In this document: one piece after another, positions 48,958 to 58,361 of the stretch
Numbering within the stretch: position 1 is the stretch's first letter
How the letters are laid out: each line of letters begins with the position of its first letter
The notes under the pieces: generated by a model
Seen by the model: only the letters and a program-made list of their open reading frames with translations
The model's database searches: none
Told to the model about the DNA's origin: nothing
From: Gillisia sp.
GTDB lineage: Bacteria > Bacteroidota > Bacteroidia > Flavobacteriales > Flavobacteriaceae
Direction of reading: 5' to 3'
Assembly: GCA_041743165.1 (NCBI GenBank)
Contig: JBGTNH010000020.1
Location: forward strand, 5,157 to 69,156
Length of the DNA: 64,000 nucleotides
Translations under genes and position numbers: made by a program

Positions 48958-49743
48958 ATGCTTGCCAAAGAGGAAATGCTCTTAATTGTTTATTTTACAG
49001 TTGTCATACTCCTTTTGACCGCCTTCGCCATCGTTTTCTTTATTACTTTCCAAAGAAGAAAGAATAAACTGTTAATGGAAAAATTTGAGACCGAAAAAAG
49101 ATTTGAAGAAGAACTTACCCAATCCCGGCTCGAAATTCAGGAACAAACTTTAAAAAATGTTGCGTGGGAGTTGCATGATAATATTGGACAGTTACTTTCT
49201 GTAGCCAATATGCAGCTTAACATGCTTAGCGGTAAAGTGGAGGAATCATCACAGGGCCCGGTACTGGAGATCAGAAACATTGTAGCCAGTTCCCTTCAGG
49301 AAGTCAGGTCCCTTTCAAAATCTCTAAATAATGAAGTCATCGATTATTCCGGTCTTGAAGCTTCAGTTAAAAATGAACTTGATAGATTTACACGACTTAA
49401 TATCCTTGATGCCAGAATGGAAGTGACAGGCGAAAGTTTTGAGATCCACCAAAAAGATGCCATCATTTTATTCAGGATACTTCAGGAATTTTTCAGCAAT
49501 GTCATCAAACATTCCAGGGCCAGCTTACTTAGCGTGAATTTTAAATTTGAAGCGGAACATTTAATTATTAATGCCAGGGATAATGGGGTGGGTTTTGAGG
49601 TGGAGGATGTTCAGAAGAATTCGGGTTTACTCAATATGAAAAGTAGAGCAGAGGTCATAAATACTCAATTTGATCTAACCTCTTCCAAAGATGTAGGAAC
49701 TTCCTTATCTTTATCCTATCCTTTAACTACATGTAAAGAATGA
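48958..49743 (+). CDS. HisKA_3-type histidine kinase, single TM, no sensor domain
   Basis: N-terminal TM, WELHDNIGQ H-box, RILQEFFSNVIKH, DNGVGF, GLLNM. Confidence 0.92.
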   Translation: MLAKEEMLLIVYFTVVILLLTAFAIVFFITFQRRKNKLLMEKFETEKRFEEELTQSRLEIQEQTLKNVAWELHDNIGQLLSVANMQLNMLSGKVEESSQGPVLEIRNIVASSLQEVRSLSKSLNNEVIDYSGLEASVKNELDRFTRLNILDARMEVTGESFEIHQKDAIILFRILQEFFSNVIKHSRASLLSVNFKFEAEHLIINARDNGVGFEVEDVQKNSGLLNMKSRAEVINTQFDLTSSKDVGTSLSLSYPLTTCKE

Positions 49744-50372
49744 GTAAATCTGTCATAATAGTTGATGATCACAATCTTTTTGGCCAATCCCTTAAGGGCT
49801 TGATTGGATCCTTTCCAAATTTTGAAGTCCTGGAAGTCTTCAAAAATGGCGGGGAATTGGTGGATTACTTATCTGCGAATAAAAAACTACCCGATATCAT
49901 TTTATTGGATGTGAGAATGCCTGTGATGAATGGGTTTGAAACCATGGATTGGGTTAGGAAAAATCTGCCGGATCAAAAGGTTCTGGCATTAACGATGGAA
50001 CATGATGAGGAAACCATTATTAAAATGATCAAGGCGGGTTGCAGGGGATATTTGTTAAAGGATATTGAGCCCAACGAATTTTTACTTGCGCTTAATTGTG
50101 TGACCGAGAGTGGATTTTACCTTAATGAAGAATCTTCCATTGCTTCATGTTCTTCTAATAAAGATAAAGTTGAAGAAAAACTTTCCCAAAGAGAATTAGA
50201 ATTCCTCAATTTGGCTTGTAGTGAACTTACCTATAAGCAGGTGGCAGATGAAATGAACCTTAGCCCGAAAACCATAGATGGATATCGGGAAAGTCTTTTC
50301 AATAAACTCCGGGTTCGTAGCAGGGTGGGCCTGGTATTGTATGCTGTAAAAAACAATATGGTAGAAGTTTAA
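49740..50372 (+). CDS. NarL/LuxR-family response regulator
   Basis: IVDDH, LLDVRMPVMNG, LTM, GYLLK, LSQRELEFL...TIDGYRESLFNKL. Confidence 0.95.
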   Translation: MSKSVIIVDDHNLFGQSLKGLIGSFPNFEVLEVFKNGGELVDYLSANKKLPDIILLDVRMPVMNGFETMDWVRKNLPDQKVLALTMEHDEETIIKMIKAGCRGYLLKDIEPNEFLLALNCVTESGFYLNEESSIASCSSNKDKVEEKLSQRELEFLNLACSELTYKQVADEMNLSPKTIDGYRESLFNKLRVRSRVGLVLYAVKNNMVEV

Positions 50373-50527
50373 AACCTTACCTTAAATAGAATTTCAGATT
50401 TGAATGGGTATTATTGCCACACGATATGATTAACTCCCACCCGTGCTTTAATTTTATTTTAACCTCATTCCCTTTAGATTCAGTGATTTCCTGAGTATCT
50501 TCGCAGACTACTAAATTAAGAACATAC

Positions 50528-52051
50528 GTGATCGATTCGGCCAAAATAGAATTAAGGAATTTAAGATTAAAAGATTACCAGGAGTTAAAAATTTCCATGA
50601 TCAAGAGTTATGGAACAATGGGCGATGAGTACTGGAGTAAGGCTGAAATCAAAACCCTCATCAACAAATTCCCTGACGGGCAGTTCTGTATTGAAATAGA
50701 TGGAAAGATTGCTGGCTGCGCCCTTTCTATTATTGTAGACTACGATAAGTTTGATGCTAACCACAAGTACGAAGATATCATTGGAGGAGAGAATTTCTCT
50801 ACCCACACCAATAATGGAGATGTGCTTTATGGAATTGATGTTTTTATTCACCCCGATTATCGCGGGATGCGCCTGGGAAGAAGATTATATGAAGCCAGAA
50901 AGGAACTTTGCGAGCAGCTCAATTTAAAATCCATAATATTTGGAGGCCGAATTCCAAACTTTGCCGCTTATGCAGATGAATTAACTCCCAAAAAATATAT
51001 TGATAAGGTAAAACTCAAAGAGATCCACGATCCTGTGCTTTCCTTCCAGCTTTCCAATGATTTCCACGTAAAAAAGGTGATCAAAGGTTATTTGCCGGGA
51101 GATGAGGACAGTATGGAATTTGCCACCCTAATGGAGTGGAACAATATTTACTACACCAAGGAGAAGAAGCTTATTGACACCAAAAAAACGGTTGTGCGGC
51201 TGGGATTGGTGCAATGGCAAATGAGGTTGTTTAAGGACTATGACGCCCTGGTGGCCCAGATAGAATTTTTTGTGGATGCGGTGAGCGATTATCAAAGCGA
51301 TTTTATTCTTTTTCCTGAATTGTTCAACGCCCCGTTAATGGCGCAATTTAACCATTTGAATGAAGCTGAAGCCATTCGTGGCCTGTCATCATATACTGAA
51401 AGATTGCTGGAAACATTCAGGGAATTTGCGATAAATTATAATATCAATATCATCACCGGAAGTATGCCCCAGGTTCAGGGAGAGCATATGCATAACGTAG
51501 GATTTTTATGCCGAAGGGATGGTAGCTATGAAAAATATGAGAAACTGCATATCACCCCGGCTGAAGAATCGGCCTGGGGGATGAAAGGCGGATCAATTCT
51601 TCAAACTTATGATACAGATTGCGGTAAGGTAGGTGTCCTGATATGTTATGACGTTGAATTCCCCGAATTACCAAGGCTTCTAGCTGAAGAGGGTATGAAC
51701 ATACTTTTTGTGCCATTTATGACAGATACTCAGAACGGTTATTCCAGGGTGAAGATCTGTGCTCAATCCCGTGCAGTAGAAAATGAATGTTACGTTGCTA
51801 TCGCCGGATCTGTGGGGAATCTTCCAAAGGTGAATAATATGGATATACAATATGCTCAAAGCGCTGTATTCACCCCATCAGATTTTGCTTTTCCTGTAAA
51901 TGGCATCAAGGCCGAAGCTACCCCAAACACAGAAAGTACCCTGCTGGTAGATGTGGATCTTGATTTGTTGAAAGAATTACACGCTTTTGGAAGTGTGAGG
52001 AATATGAAGGACAGGAGAAAAGATCTGTATTCCCTGAAACGGAAAAAATAA
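50528..52051 (+). CDS. Bifunctional GNAT acetyltransferase / carbon-nitrogen hydrolase
   Basis: GNAT: VFIHPDYRGMRLGRRL; nitrilase triad FPE, YEKLH, ICYDVEF; GTG start. Confidence 0.9.
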   Translation: MIDSAKIELRNLRLKDYQELKISMIKSYGTMGDEYWSKAEIKTLINKFPDGQFCIEIDGKIAGCALSIIVDYDKFDANHKYEDIIGGENFSTHTNNGDVLYGIDVFIHPDYRGMRLGRRLYEARKELCEQLNLKSIIFGGRIPNFAAYADELTPKKYIDKVKLKEIHDPVLSFQLSNDFHVKKVIKGYLPGDEDSMEFATLMEWNNIYYTKEKKLIDTKKTVVRLGLVQWQMRLFKDYDALVAQIEFFVDAVSDYQSDFILFPELFNAPLMAQFNHLNEAEAIRGLSSYTERLLETFREFAINYNINIITGSMPQVQGEHMHNVGFLCRRDGSYEKYEKLHITPAEESAWGMKGGSILQTYDTDCGKVGVLICYDVEFPELPRLLAEEGMNILFVPFMTDTQNGYSRVKICAQSRAVENECYVAIAGSVGNLPKVNNMDIQYAQSAVFTPSDFAFPVNGIKAEATPNTESTLLVDVDLDLLKELHAFGSVRNMKDRRKDLYSLKRKK

Positions 52052-52074
52052 TCATTTGCATAAATTTCTATAAG

Positions 52075-52104
52075 ATCGCAGGGCCCATAATTCCTGCGAT
52101 TTTT
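52075..52104 (+). terminator. Intrinsic terminator
   Basis: ATCGCAGG/CCTGCGAT + TTTT. Confidence 0.75.
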
Positions 52105-52120
52105 GATTTTATATAAAAAT

Positions 52121-52153
52121 TTTGTTGAGACTATTGATATTTTTTTACATTTA
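52121..52153 (+). promoter_or_regulatory. Bacteroidota sigma70 promoter of the arg leader
   Basis: TTTG (52121) - 21 nt - TACATTTA (52146); implies a start site near GTG 52158. Confidence 0.55.
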
Positions 52154-52157
52154 CACC

Positions 52158-52220
52158 GTGATTTCAGCATCTCAAATATTAAGACGCATTTCCCTCCGCC
52201 GCACCTACATCCGCCGGTAA
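52158..52220 (+). CDS. Arg-rich leader peptide 1 (MISASQILRRISLRRTYIRR)
   Basis: GTG...TAA; 6 Arg codons in three pairs; below ORF-track size cutoff; 5' of arg operon. Confidence 0.7.
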   Translation: MISASQILRRISLRRTYIRR

Positions 52221-52270
52221 GGATATCTTACGCTCCTATTTGTCTTAATTAATTTGAACTTTTTAAAATT

Positions 52271-52360
52271 TTGAAACACATTACCTCCATATTTAATAAA
52301 CTATATTTCAGTATAATTACTGATATATCTCCAATGCGCAGGCATTACCGTCGCACGTAA
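52271..52360 (+). CDS. Arg-rich leader peptide 2 (MKHITSIFNKLYFSIITDISPMRRHYRRT, or MRRHYRRT from ATG 52334)
   Basis: Open frame from TTG 52271 or ATG 52334 to TAA 52360; 4 Arg in the last 7 codons; stop lies in a CGCAC-GTAA-GTGCG hairpin. Confidence 0.65.
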   Translation: MKHITSIFNKLYFSIITDISPMRRHYRRT

Positions 52361-52448
52361 GTGCGCGCTATCTCTATGGAACTTAGGTGAGTCCGGTTCT
52401 TCTCTCGAAAACATAAATTCATTTTTTTAACCTTAATTTTTTTAGCAG

Positions 52449-53081
52449 ATGAAAATTGTCATTGCTAACAAAACACATGCGAGTTACGCCGATGTAATTT
52501 GCGATACTATTGAAGAATCTGCAAGGGTTCGCGGTACAGGTATTGCCCGAAGGACACCTGAATATATTCTTACAAAAATGGAGAACGGAAACGCCATTAT
52601 TGCGCTGGATGGTGAAAGGTTTGCAGGTTTCTGTTATATCGAGGTGTGGAGCCATGAAAAATTTGTAGCCAATTCGGGCCTTATCGTGCACCCCGATTAC
52701 AGGAATCGAGGTCTGGCTAAGGATATTAAAAAAGCCGTTTTTGAACACTCCCGGAAAAAATATCCCAATGCTAAAATATTTGGAATTACCACCGGCCTGG
52801 CGGTCATGAAGATCAATTACCAACTCGGCTACCAGCCTGTCACTTTTTCTGAACTCACAGATGATGAAAGCTTCTGGGAAGGTTGCCAGACCTGTAAGAA
52901 CTACGATATCCTCACCCGCACCGAGCGCAAAATGTGCCTGTGTACAGGAATGCTTTATGATCCCGTAAAAAGGGAAAAGCCAAAAGAGAAGTCCAAACTC
53001 AATGATAAAGCCTTTACCAGGTTAAAAAGTATCAAGCAAACCCTTTTCTTTAAAAAGGATAAGGAAAAGGAGAAAAACTGA
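52449..53081 (+). CDS. GNAT N-acylglutamate synthase (Bacteroidota ArgA-type)
   Basis: GNAT motif LIVHPDYRNRGLAK; C..C...C.C tail; first gene of the arg operon. Confidence 0.7.
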   Translation: MKIVIANKTHASYADVICDTIEESARVRGTGIARRTPEYILTKMENGNAIIALDGERFAGFCYIEVWSHEKFVANSGLIVHPDYRNRGLAKDIKKAVFEHSRKKYPNAKIFGITTGLAVMKINYQLGYQPVTFSELTDDESFWEGCQTCKNYDILTRTERKMCLCTGMLYDPVKREKPKEKSKLNDKAFTRLKSIKQTLFFKKDKEKEKN

Positions 53082-53134
53082 ATAAAAATGAATCTCAGAT
53101 CCTTATAAAAGGCTGAAGTTTAAAATATTTAAAA

Positions 53135-54322
53135 ATGAAAAAATTAGTATTAGCATATAGTGGCGGCCTCGACACCTCATATTGCGCCAAATATTTATCC
53201 AAAGAAGAAAATTTTGAAGTCCATGCGGTAAGTGTGAATACCGGCGGATTTTCTGCGGAAGAGATACAAAAAATCGGAAATAACGCAAAAATGATTGGCG
53301 CCGCATCATACAGGAACATTAATGCTGTTCCTTCCTTTTATCAAAAAGTGGTGAAATATCTCGTTTTTGGTAATGTTCTGAAAAATGATACATATCCCTT
53401 ATCTGTAAGTGCAGAAAGGATCATACAGGCCATTGAGATCATAAATTATGCAAAGGAAATCAACGCGGAATATATTGCCCACGGAAGTACCGGTGCAGGC
53501 AACGACCAGGTGCGATTTGATATGATCTTCCAGACCCTCGCTCCTTCAATTAAGATCATAACTCCCATAAGAGATAAAAAACTGAGCAGGCAAGAGGAGA
53601 TAGATTATCTCAAGGCAAACGGAGTGGAAATGAACTGGGAAAAGGCCAAATATTCGGTGAACAAAGGACTTTGGGGTACAAGCGTGGGTGGAGCCGAAAC
53701 CCTGACCTCCCACCAGGCTTTGCCAAACGAAGCTTATCCTTCTCAATTGCAGGAAAAACAACCAAAACAAATAAGTCTTGGCTTTTCAAAAGGAGAGCTT
53801 ACAGCTGTAAACGGAGAAGAAAATACGCCGGAAAAAAACATAGAGATCCTTGAGAACATAGCTTCAAAATATGCAATTGGAAGAGATATTCACGTAGGCG
53901 ATACCATCATCGGGATCAAAGGCAGGGTAGGGTTTGAAGCCGCTGCTGCCCTGATCACGATCAAATCCCATCATCTCCTTGAAAAACATACGCTTAGCAA
54001 ATGGCAGCTTCAGCATAAAGATTATTTAGCCAACTGGTATGGAACCCATTTACACGAAGGCCAGTACCTGGATCCCGTGATGCGCGATCTTGAAGCATTT
54101 CTTGATAGCTCGCAGGAGAATGTTAGCGGGACTGTCTACGTAACCCTTCACCCTTATCGCTTTCAGCTGGATGGAATAGAATCTCCCAATGACCTGATGA
54201 ATTCAGGATTTGGAAAATACGGGGAGGAGAATAACGCCTGGACCGCAGAAGATGCCAAAGGATTCATTAAAATCATGTCAAATGCCGGAAAGATCTACCA
54301 ACACGTAAATAATCCATCATGA
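53135..54322 (+). CDS. argG: Argininosuccinate synthase
   Basis: LAYSGGLDTS, AHGSTGAGNDQVRF, KGRVGFEA. Confidence 0.96.
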   Translation: MKKLVLAYSGGLDTSYCAKYLSKEENFEVHAVSVNTGGFSAEEIQKIGNNAKMIGAASYRNINAVPSFYQKVVKYLVFGNVLKNDTYPLSVSAERIIQAIEIINYAKEINAEYIAHGSTGAGNDQVRFDMIFQTLAPSIKIITPIRDKKLSRQEEIDYLKANGVEMNWEKAKYSVNKGLWGTSVGGAETLTSHQALPNEAYPSQLQEKQPKQISLGFSKGELTAVNGEENTPEKNIEILENIASKYAIGRDIHVGDTIIGIKGRVGFEAAAALITIKSHHLLEKHTLSKWQLQHKDYLANWYGTHLHEGQYLDPVMRDLEAFLDSSQENVSGTVYVTLHPYRFQLDGIESPNDLMNSGFGKYGEENNAWTAEDAKGFIKIMSNAGKIYQHVNNPS

Positions 54323-55281
54323 TAGAAGCAGGAATAATTGGCGGTGCCGGGTATACAGCAGGAGAACTTATAAGAATACTTATAAGACATCCCAGAGTAA
54401 AACTGAATTTCATTTACAGTACATCTCAGGTTGGAAAACCTGTCGCTTCCATCCATCAGGATCTTTTAGGAGATACCGATATCGAATTCACTGGGGCGAT
54501 AAACCCGGAGATAGATGTTGTTTTCCTTTGTCTGAGTCATGGGAATTCAAAGAAGTTCTTGCAGGAAAATCATTTTTCAGCAGAAACAAAGATCATTGAC
54601 TTAAGTACCGACTTCAGGATTTTGGATAAAGAACATTCATATGTTTACGGTTTACCGGAACTCAACAGGACGGATATTAGCTCCGCGCAATTTGTTGCCA
54701 ATCCGGGCTGTTTTGCCACCGCTATCAATCTCGCGCTATTGCCTTTGGCTTCTGCCGGATTGATCCGGGATGAGGTTCATGTCAATGCGGTTACGGGTTC
54801 AACCGGCGCGGGAACTTCTTTATCAGAAACTACACACTTCAGCTGGCGGGATAATAATTTTTCTGCCTATAAGGCCTTTGAACATCAGCACCTCGCGGAA
54901 ATCAATCAGAGTCTTAAGTCCCTTCAGGAGAATATTTCAGCAATAAATTTTATTCCCAACCGTGGGAATTTTTCAAGGGGTATTCATTGCACCGCATATA
55001 CAAGGTTTTCAGAAGGTATTGAAGTGGCTATTGAAATATTTGAGAATTACTACAAAGATGCAGCCTTCACATTTGTGGTTGACCAGGACCTTCATCTTAA
55101 ACAGGTGGTCAATACCAACAAATGTCTTATCAGACTTCAGAAGTTTAATGACAAACTGTTGATCACTAGTGTACTTGACAATCTGCTGAAGGGAGCCTCA
55201 GGTCAGGCAGTGCAGAACATGAACCTGATGTTTGGTTTTGAAGAAACCACGGGACTTAATTTGAAGGCCAGTTATTTTTAA
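54319..55281 (+). CDS. argC: N-acyl-gamma-glutamyl-phosphate reductase
   Basis: GGAGYTAGEL, DLSTDFR, YGLPE, ANPGCF, DNLLKGASGQAVQNMN. Confidence 0.95.
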   Translation: MIEAGIIGGAGYTAGELIRILIRHPRVKLNFIYSTSQVGKPVASIHQDLLGDTDIEFTGAINPEIDVVFLCLSHGNSKKFLQENHFSAETKIIDLSTDFRILDKEHSYVYGLPELNRTDISSAQFVANPGCFATAINLALLPLASAGLIRDEVHVNAVTGSTGAGTSLSETTHFSWRDNNFSAYKAFEHQHLAEINQSLKSLQENISAINFIPNRGNFSRGIHCTAYTRFSEGIEVAIEIFENYYKDAAFTFVVDQDLHLKQVVNTNKCLIRLQKFNDKLLITSVLDNLLKGASGQAVQNMNLMFGFEETTGLNLKASYF

Positions 55282-55316
55282 TCTGGGATTTGATTTAATT
55301 CCGAAAAAAGTAAAAT

Positions 55317-56486
55317 ATGAATCTATTTGATGTTTATCCTCTCTACAATATCACTCCGGTAAAAGGAGAAGGGCCTTACGTGTTTGACGAGTCCGGCACA
55401 AAATACCTTGATCTGTACGGAGGTCATGCGGTGATCTCCATTGGTCATTCTCATCCCGAATATGTCAGGGCGATTGGCGAGCAGGTTTCAAAACTGGGAT
55501 TTTACTCCAATTCCATTAAGAACCCGTTGCAGGAAGAACTGGCAGAAAAGCTCGAAAAGTTATCGGGTTGCAAGGATTACAGTCTGTTTTTATGCAATTC
55601 AGGCGCAGAGGCCAATGAGAATGCCTTGAAACTTGCCTCCTTTCACCACGGTAAAAGCAGGGTTATCTATTTTGAGAATGGGTTTCACGGTCGAACCTCC
55701 GGCGTAGTTGCGGTGACCGATAATGAATCGATAAAGGCCCCTTTCAATAAAGATCACAAGGTGACAAAACTCTCCTTTGAAGATGTAACAGGACTCGAGA
55801 AAGAGTTAAGTAAAGGAGATGTGGCTGCAGTTATCTTTGAAGTAATTCAGGGCGTTGGCGGACTCGATGAAGCATCTACTGAATTTTATAGATCTATTGC
55901 TACACTTTGTGAAAAACACAATGCTCTTATGATCGCAGACGAAGTCCAATCGGGTTATGGGAGGACAGGAGATTTCTTTGCCTTTCAAAAACACGGGATA
56001 AGGCCCGATATTATTTCAATCGCTAAAGGAATGGGAAATGGATTTCCTGTTGGCGGGATCCTGATCGATGAGAAGATCAAGGCAAAGCACGGGTTACTGG
56101 GTACAACCTTTGGCGGAAATCATCTGGCCTGTGCTGCGGGAATTGCTGTTTTAGATGTTATTGCTGACGAGAACCTTATGCAAAATGCCGCGAAAATTTC
56201 TGAATATGTAAAAGAAAAAGCAGCCGGGATTCCTGAGATCAAAAGATTGAAAGGACGCGGATTGATGATTGGGCTTGAGTTCGATTTTGAAGTGGCAGCC
56301 TTGAGAAAGGAATTGTTATTCAATCACCGGATCTTTACAGGAGCGGCTTCAAACAAAAAGTTGCTCAGGATCCTTCCACCGCTTAACATTAAAACTGAAA
56401 ATTTTGATGCTTTCTTTGAAGCACTAAAGATCATTTTAGCGCGTCATCCTGAACTTGATTCAGGATCTAACCCAAATAAAAGCTGA
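55317..56486 (+). CDS. argD: Acylornithine aminotransferase (class III)
   Basis: NSGAEANENA, FHGRT, DEVQSGYGRTG, AKGMGNG, TTFGG. Confidence 0.92.
   Translation: MNLFDVYPLYNITPVKGEGPYVFDESGTKYLDLYGGHAVISIGHSHPEYVRAIGEQVSKLGFYSNSIKNPLQEELAEKLEKLSGCKDYSLFLCNSGAEANENALKLASFHHGKSRVIYFENGFHGRTSGVVAVTDNESIKAPFNKDHKVTKLSFEDVTGLEKELSKGDVAAVIFEVIQGVGGLDEASTEFYRSIATLCEKHNALMIADEVQSGYGRTGDFFAFQKHGIRPDIISIAKGMGNGFPVGGILIDEKIKAKHGLLGTTFGGNHLACAAGIAVLDVIADENLMQNAAKISEYVKEKAAGIPEIKRLKGRGLMIGLEFDFEVAALRKELLFNHRIFTGAASNKKLLRILPPLNIKTENFDAFFEALKIILARHPELDSGSNPNKS
56443..56471 (+). repeat. REP-like palindrome
   Basis: GTCATCCTGAACTTGATTCAGGATCTAAC inside the argD 3' end; composite copy at 59444. Confidence 0.8.
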
Positions 56487-56525
56487 AAACATCCAGCTTG
56501 ATGTTAAATGTAAAAAGGTAAAAAA

Positions 56526-57470
56526 ATGAAAAACTACACCCAATTATCAGATATCGAAAACCTGGACCAATTGATTGGCGAAGCTCTGGAATTAAAGAAA
56601 CAGAATTCTGTAGCAAACCTTGGGAAGGGAAAAACATTAGGTATGCTGTTTTTCAACCCGAGCCTGAGAACCCGGTTGAGCACCGAAAAAGCAGCTAAAC
56701 TCCTGGGAATGGACGTGATGGTGATGAATGCCGATAAGGATGGCTGGGCACTGGAGTTTGAAGATGGGGCAGTAATGAATTCCAATAAAGCGGAGCATAT
56801 CAAAGAAGCAGCAGCTGTTCTTTCGCAGTACTGCGATATCATCGCGGTACGGGCATTTCCTGGTCTGGTGGACCGGGAAAAAGATGAACAGGATCTGGTG
56901 ATCAATAGTTTTAAGAAATATGCCAGCGTTCCCATAGTGAATCTCGAGGGGGCGACTAGTCATCCCTTACAGGCACTTACAGATGCGATCACGATAAAGG
57001 AACTCAGCACAAAGCAAAGACCCAATGTCGTCCTTACCTGGGCTCCACATCCCCGGGCGTTACCTCAGGCGGTTCCCAATTCTTTTGTAGAGGTGATGCA
57101 AAGAATGGATGTGGAACTTGTAATCACCAATCCGGAGGGCTATGATCTGGATCCAAGAATTACCAAAAATACGCCGGTAATCCATGATCAGAATGACGCT
57201 TTAAAAGATGCCGATTTTGTTTACATCAAAAACTGGAGCAGTTATGAGCAATACGGGCAGATCCTGAATGAAGACAGGTCGTGGACTTTTGATAAGGAAA
57301 AACTGGATTTGACCAATAATGCCAAAGTGATGCACTGTCTGCCCGTGAGGAGAAATGTTGTGATCTCAGATGAAGTGCTGGACAGCCCAAATTCGGTGGT
57401 CATCCACCAGGCAAATAACCGGACTTTTGCCGCACAGGCGGTGTTGTTGAGATTAGTGAATGGTGAATAG
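56526..57470 (+). CDS. argF: N-acyl(succinyl/acetyl)ornithine carbamoyltransferase ArgF'
   Basis: FNPSLRTRLS, EH..EA, HPLQAL, LTWAPHP, HCLPVRR. Confidence 0.92.
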   Translation: MKNYTQLSDIENLDQLIGEALELKKQNSVANLGKGKTLGMLFFNPSLRTRLSTEKAAKLLGMDVMVMNADKDGWALEFEDGAVMNSNKAEHIKEAAAVLSQYCDIIAVRAFPGLVDREKDEQDLVINSFKKYASVPIVNLEGATSHPLQALTDAITIKELSTKQRPNVVLTWAPHPRALPQAVPNSFVEVMQRMDVELVITNPEGYDLDPRITKNTPVIHDQNDALKDADFVYIKNWSSYEQYGQILNEDRSWTFDKEKLDLTNNAKVMHCLPVRRNVVISDEVLDSPNSVVIHQANNRTFAAQAVLLRLVNGE

Positions 57471-57567
57471 TGATTAGTGAATAGGAAGGATTCTGCGGAA
57501 TTCTGCGAATTCAGCGGGAAATAATCCCAGTGATCTGCGAAAAAAAATCTGCGGTATCAGCGGGAAA
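57454..57567. repeat. TAGTGAA heptamers plus inverted CGCAGA/TTTCCCGC repeat family
   Basis: TAGTGAA TGGTGAA TAGTGAT TAGTGAA TAGGAAG, then two units ending CAGCGGGAAA (reverse complement of the 21.5-kb element). Confidence 0.85.
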
Positions 57568-57587
57568 TCATTAAAATTTCAATTTAA

Positions 57588-58361
57588 ATGAAAGTGCTCA
57601 AAATAATTAAAACGGGAGGTAAGCTTATTGAAAACGAAGATAAGTTCAGGGAATTCCTGAAGGATTTTGCAGCATTGGAAGGTCCTAAGATCCTTGTTCA
57701 CGGAGGAGGAAATTTTGCTACTGAAATGGCTCAAAAACTCGGTTATGAAACCAAAATGGTCGATGGTCGTAGGATCACTGATGCCGATTCCCTCAAAGTA
57801 ATTATCATGACCTATGGCGGGCTGATTAATAAAACCATCGTCGCCCGTTTACAAGCTTTAGACTGTAATGCTATCGGACTTTGTGGTGCAGACGGATTGA
57901 GCATTATCTCAAAAAGAAGGGAACCAAAAGAGATCGATTTTGGATTTGTGGGAGATATTGAAGAAGTAAATGCAGATTTTATTTCATCGCTTTTATCGCA
58001 GGGAATTACGCCGGTATTTTCAGCAATATCCTGCACGAAAGAAGGGGAGCTTCTCAATACCAATGGAGATTCTGTAGCCGCAGAATTAGCTAAAGCAATG
58101 AGCTCAAAATTTGAGACTGAACTCTTCTACTGTTTTGAAAAAAAGGGGGTTCTTTCCGATCCCGCAGATGATAATTCTGTAATCGAACTGATCAACAGAA
58201 AATCCTACCAGAATCTGATGGAGAAAAAGGTTGTCACAGATGGAATGTTGCCAAAGCTTCACAATTGTTTTCAGGCGCTGGAACACGGAGTTTCGAAGAT
58301 CTATCTGGGGGATTCCGGGATGTTGAAGGAGAATGCAAATTATACTAAAATAGTAAACTAA
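57588..58361 (+). CDS. argB: Acylglutamate kinase
   Basis: IKTGG, LVHGGG, GRRITD, LNTNGD, GMLPKL. Confidence 0.93.
   Translation: MKVLKIIKTGGKLIENEDKFREFLKDFAALEGPKILVHGGGNFATEMAQKLGYETKMVDGRRITDADSLKVIIMTYGGLINKTIVARLQALDCNAIGLCGADGLSIISKRREPKEIDFGFVGDIEEVNADFISSLLSQGITPVFSAISCTKEGELLNTNGDSVAAELAKAMSSKFETELFYCFEKKGVLSDPADDNSVIELINRKSYQNLMEKKVVTDGMLPKLHNCFQALEHGVSKIYLGDSGMLKENANYTKIVN

Noticed and set aside
50403-50422. Possible third operator AATGGGTATTATTGCCACAC before the GNAT-nitrilase gene
   Set aside because: Too many mismatches and the right half is not palindromic.
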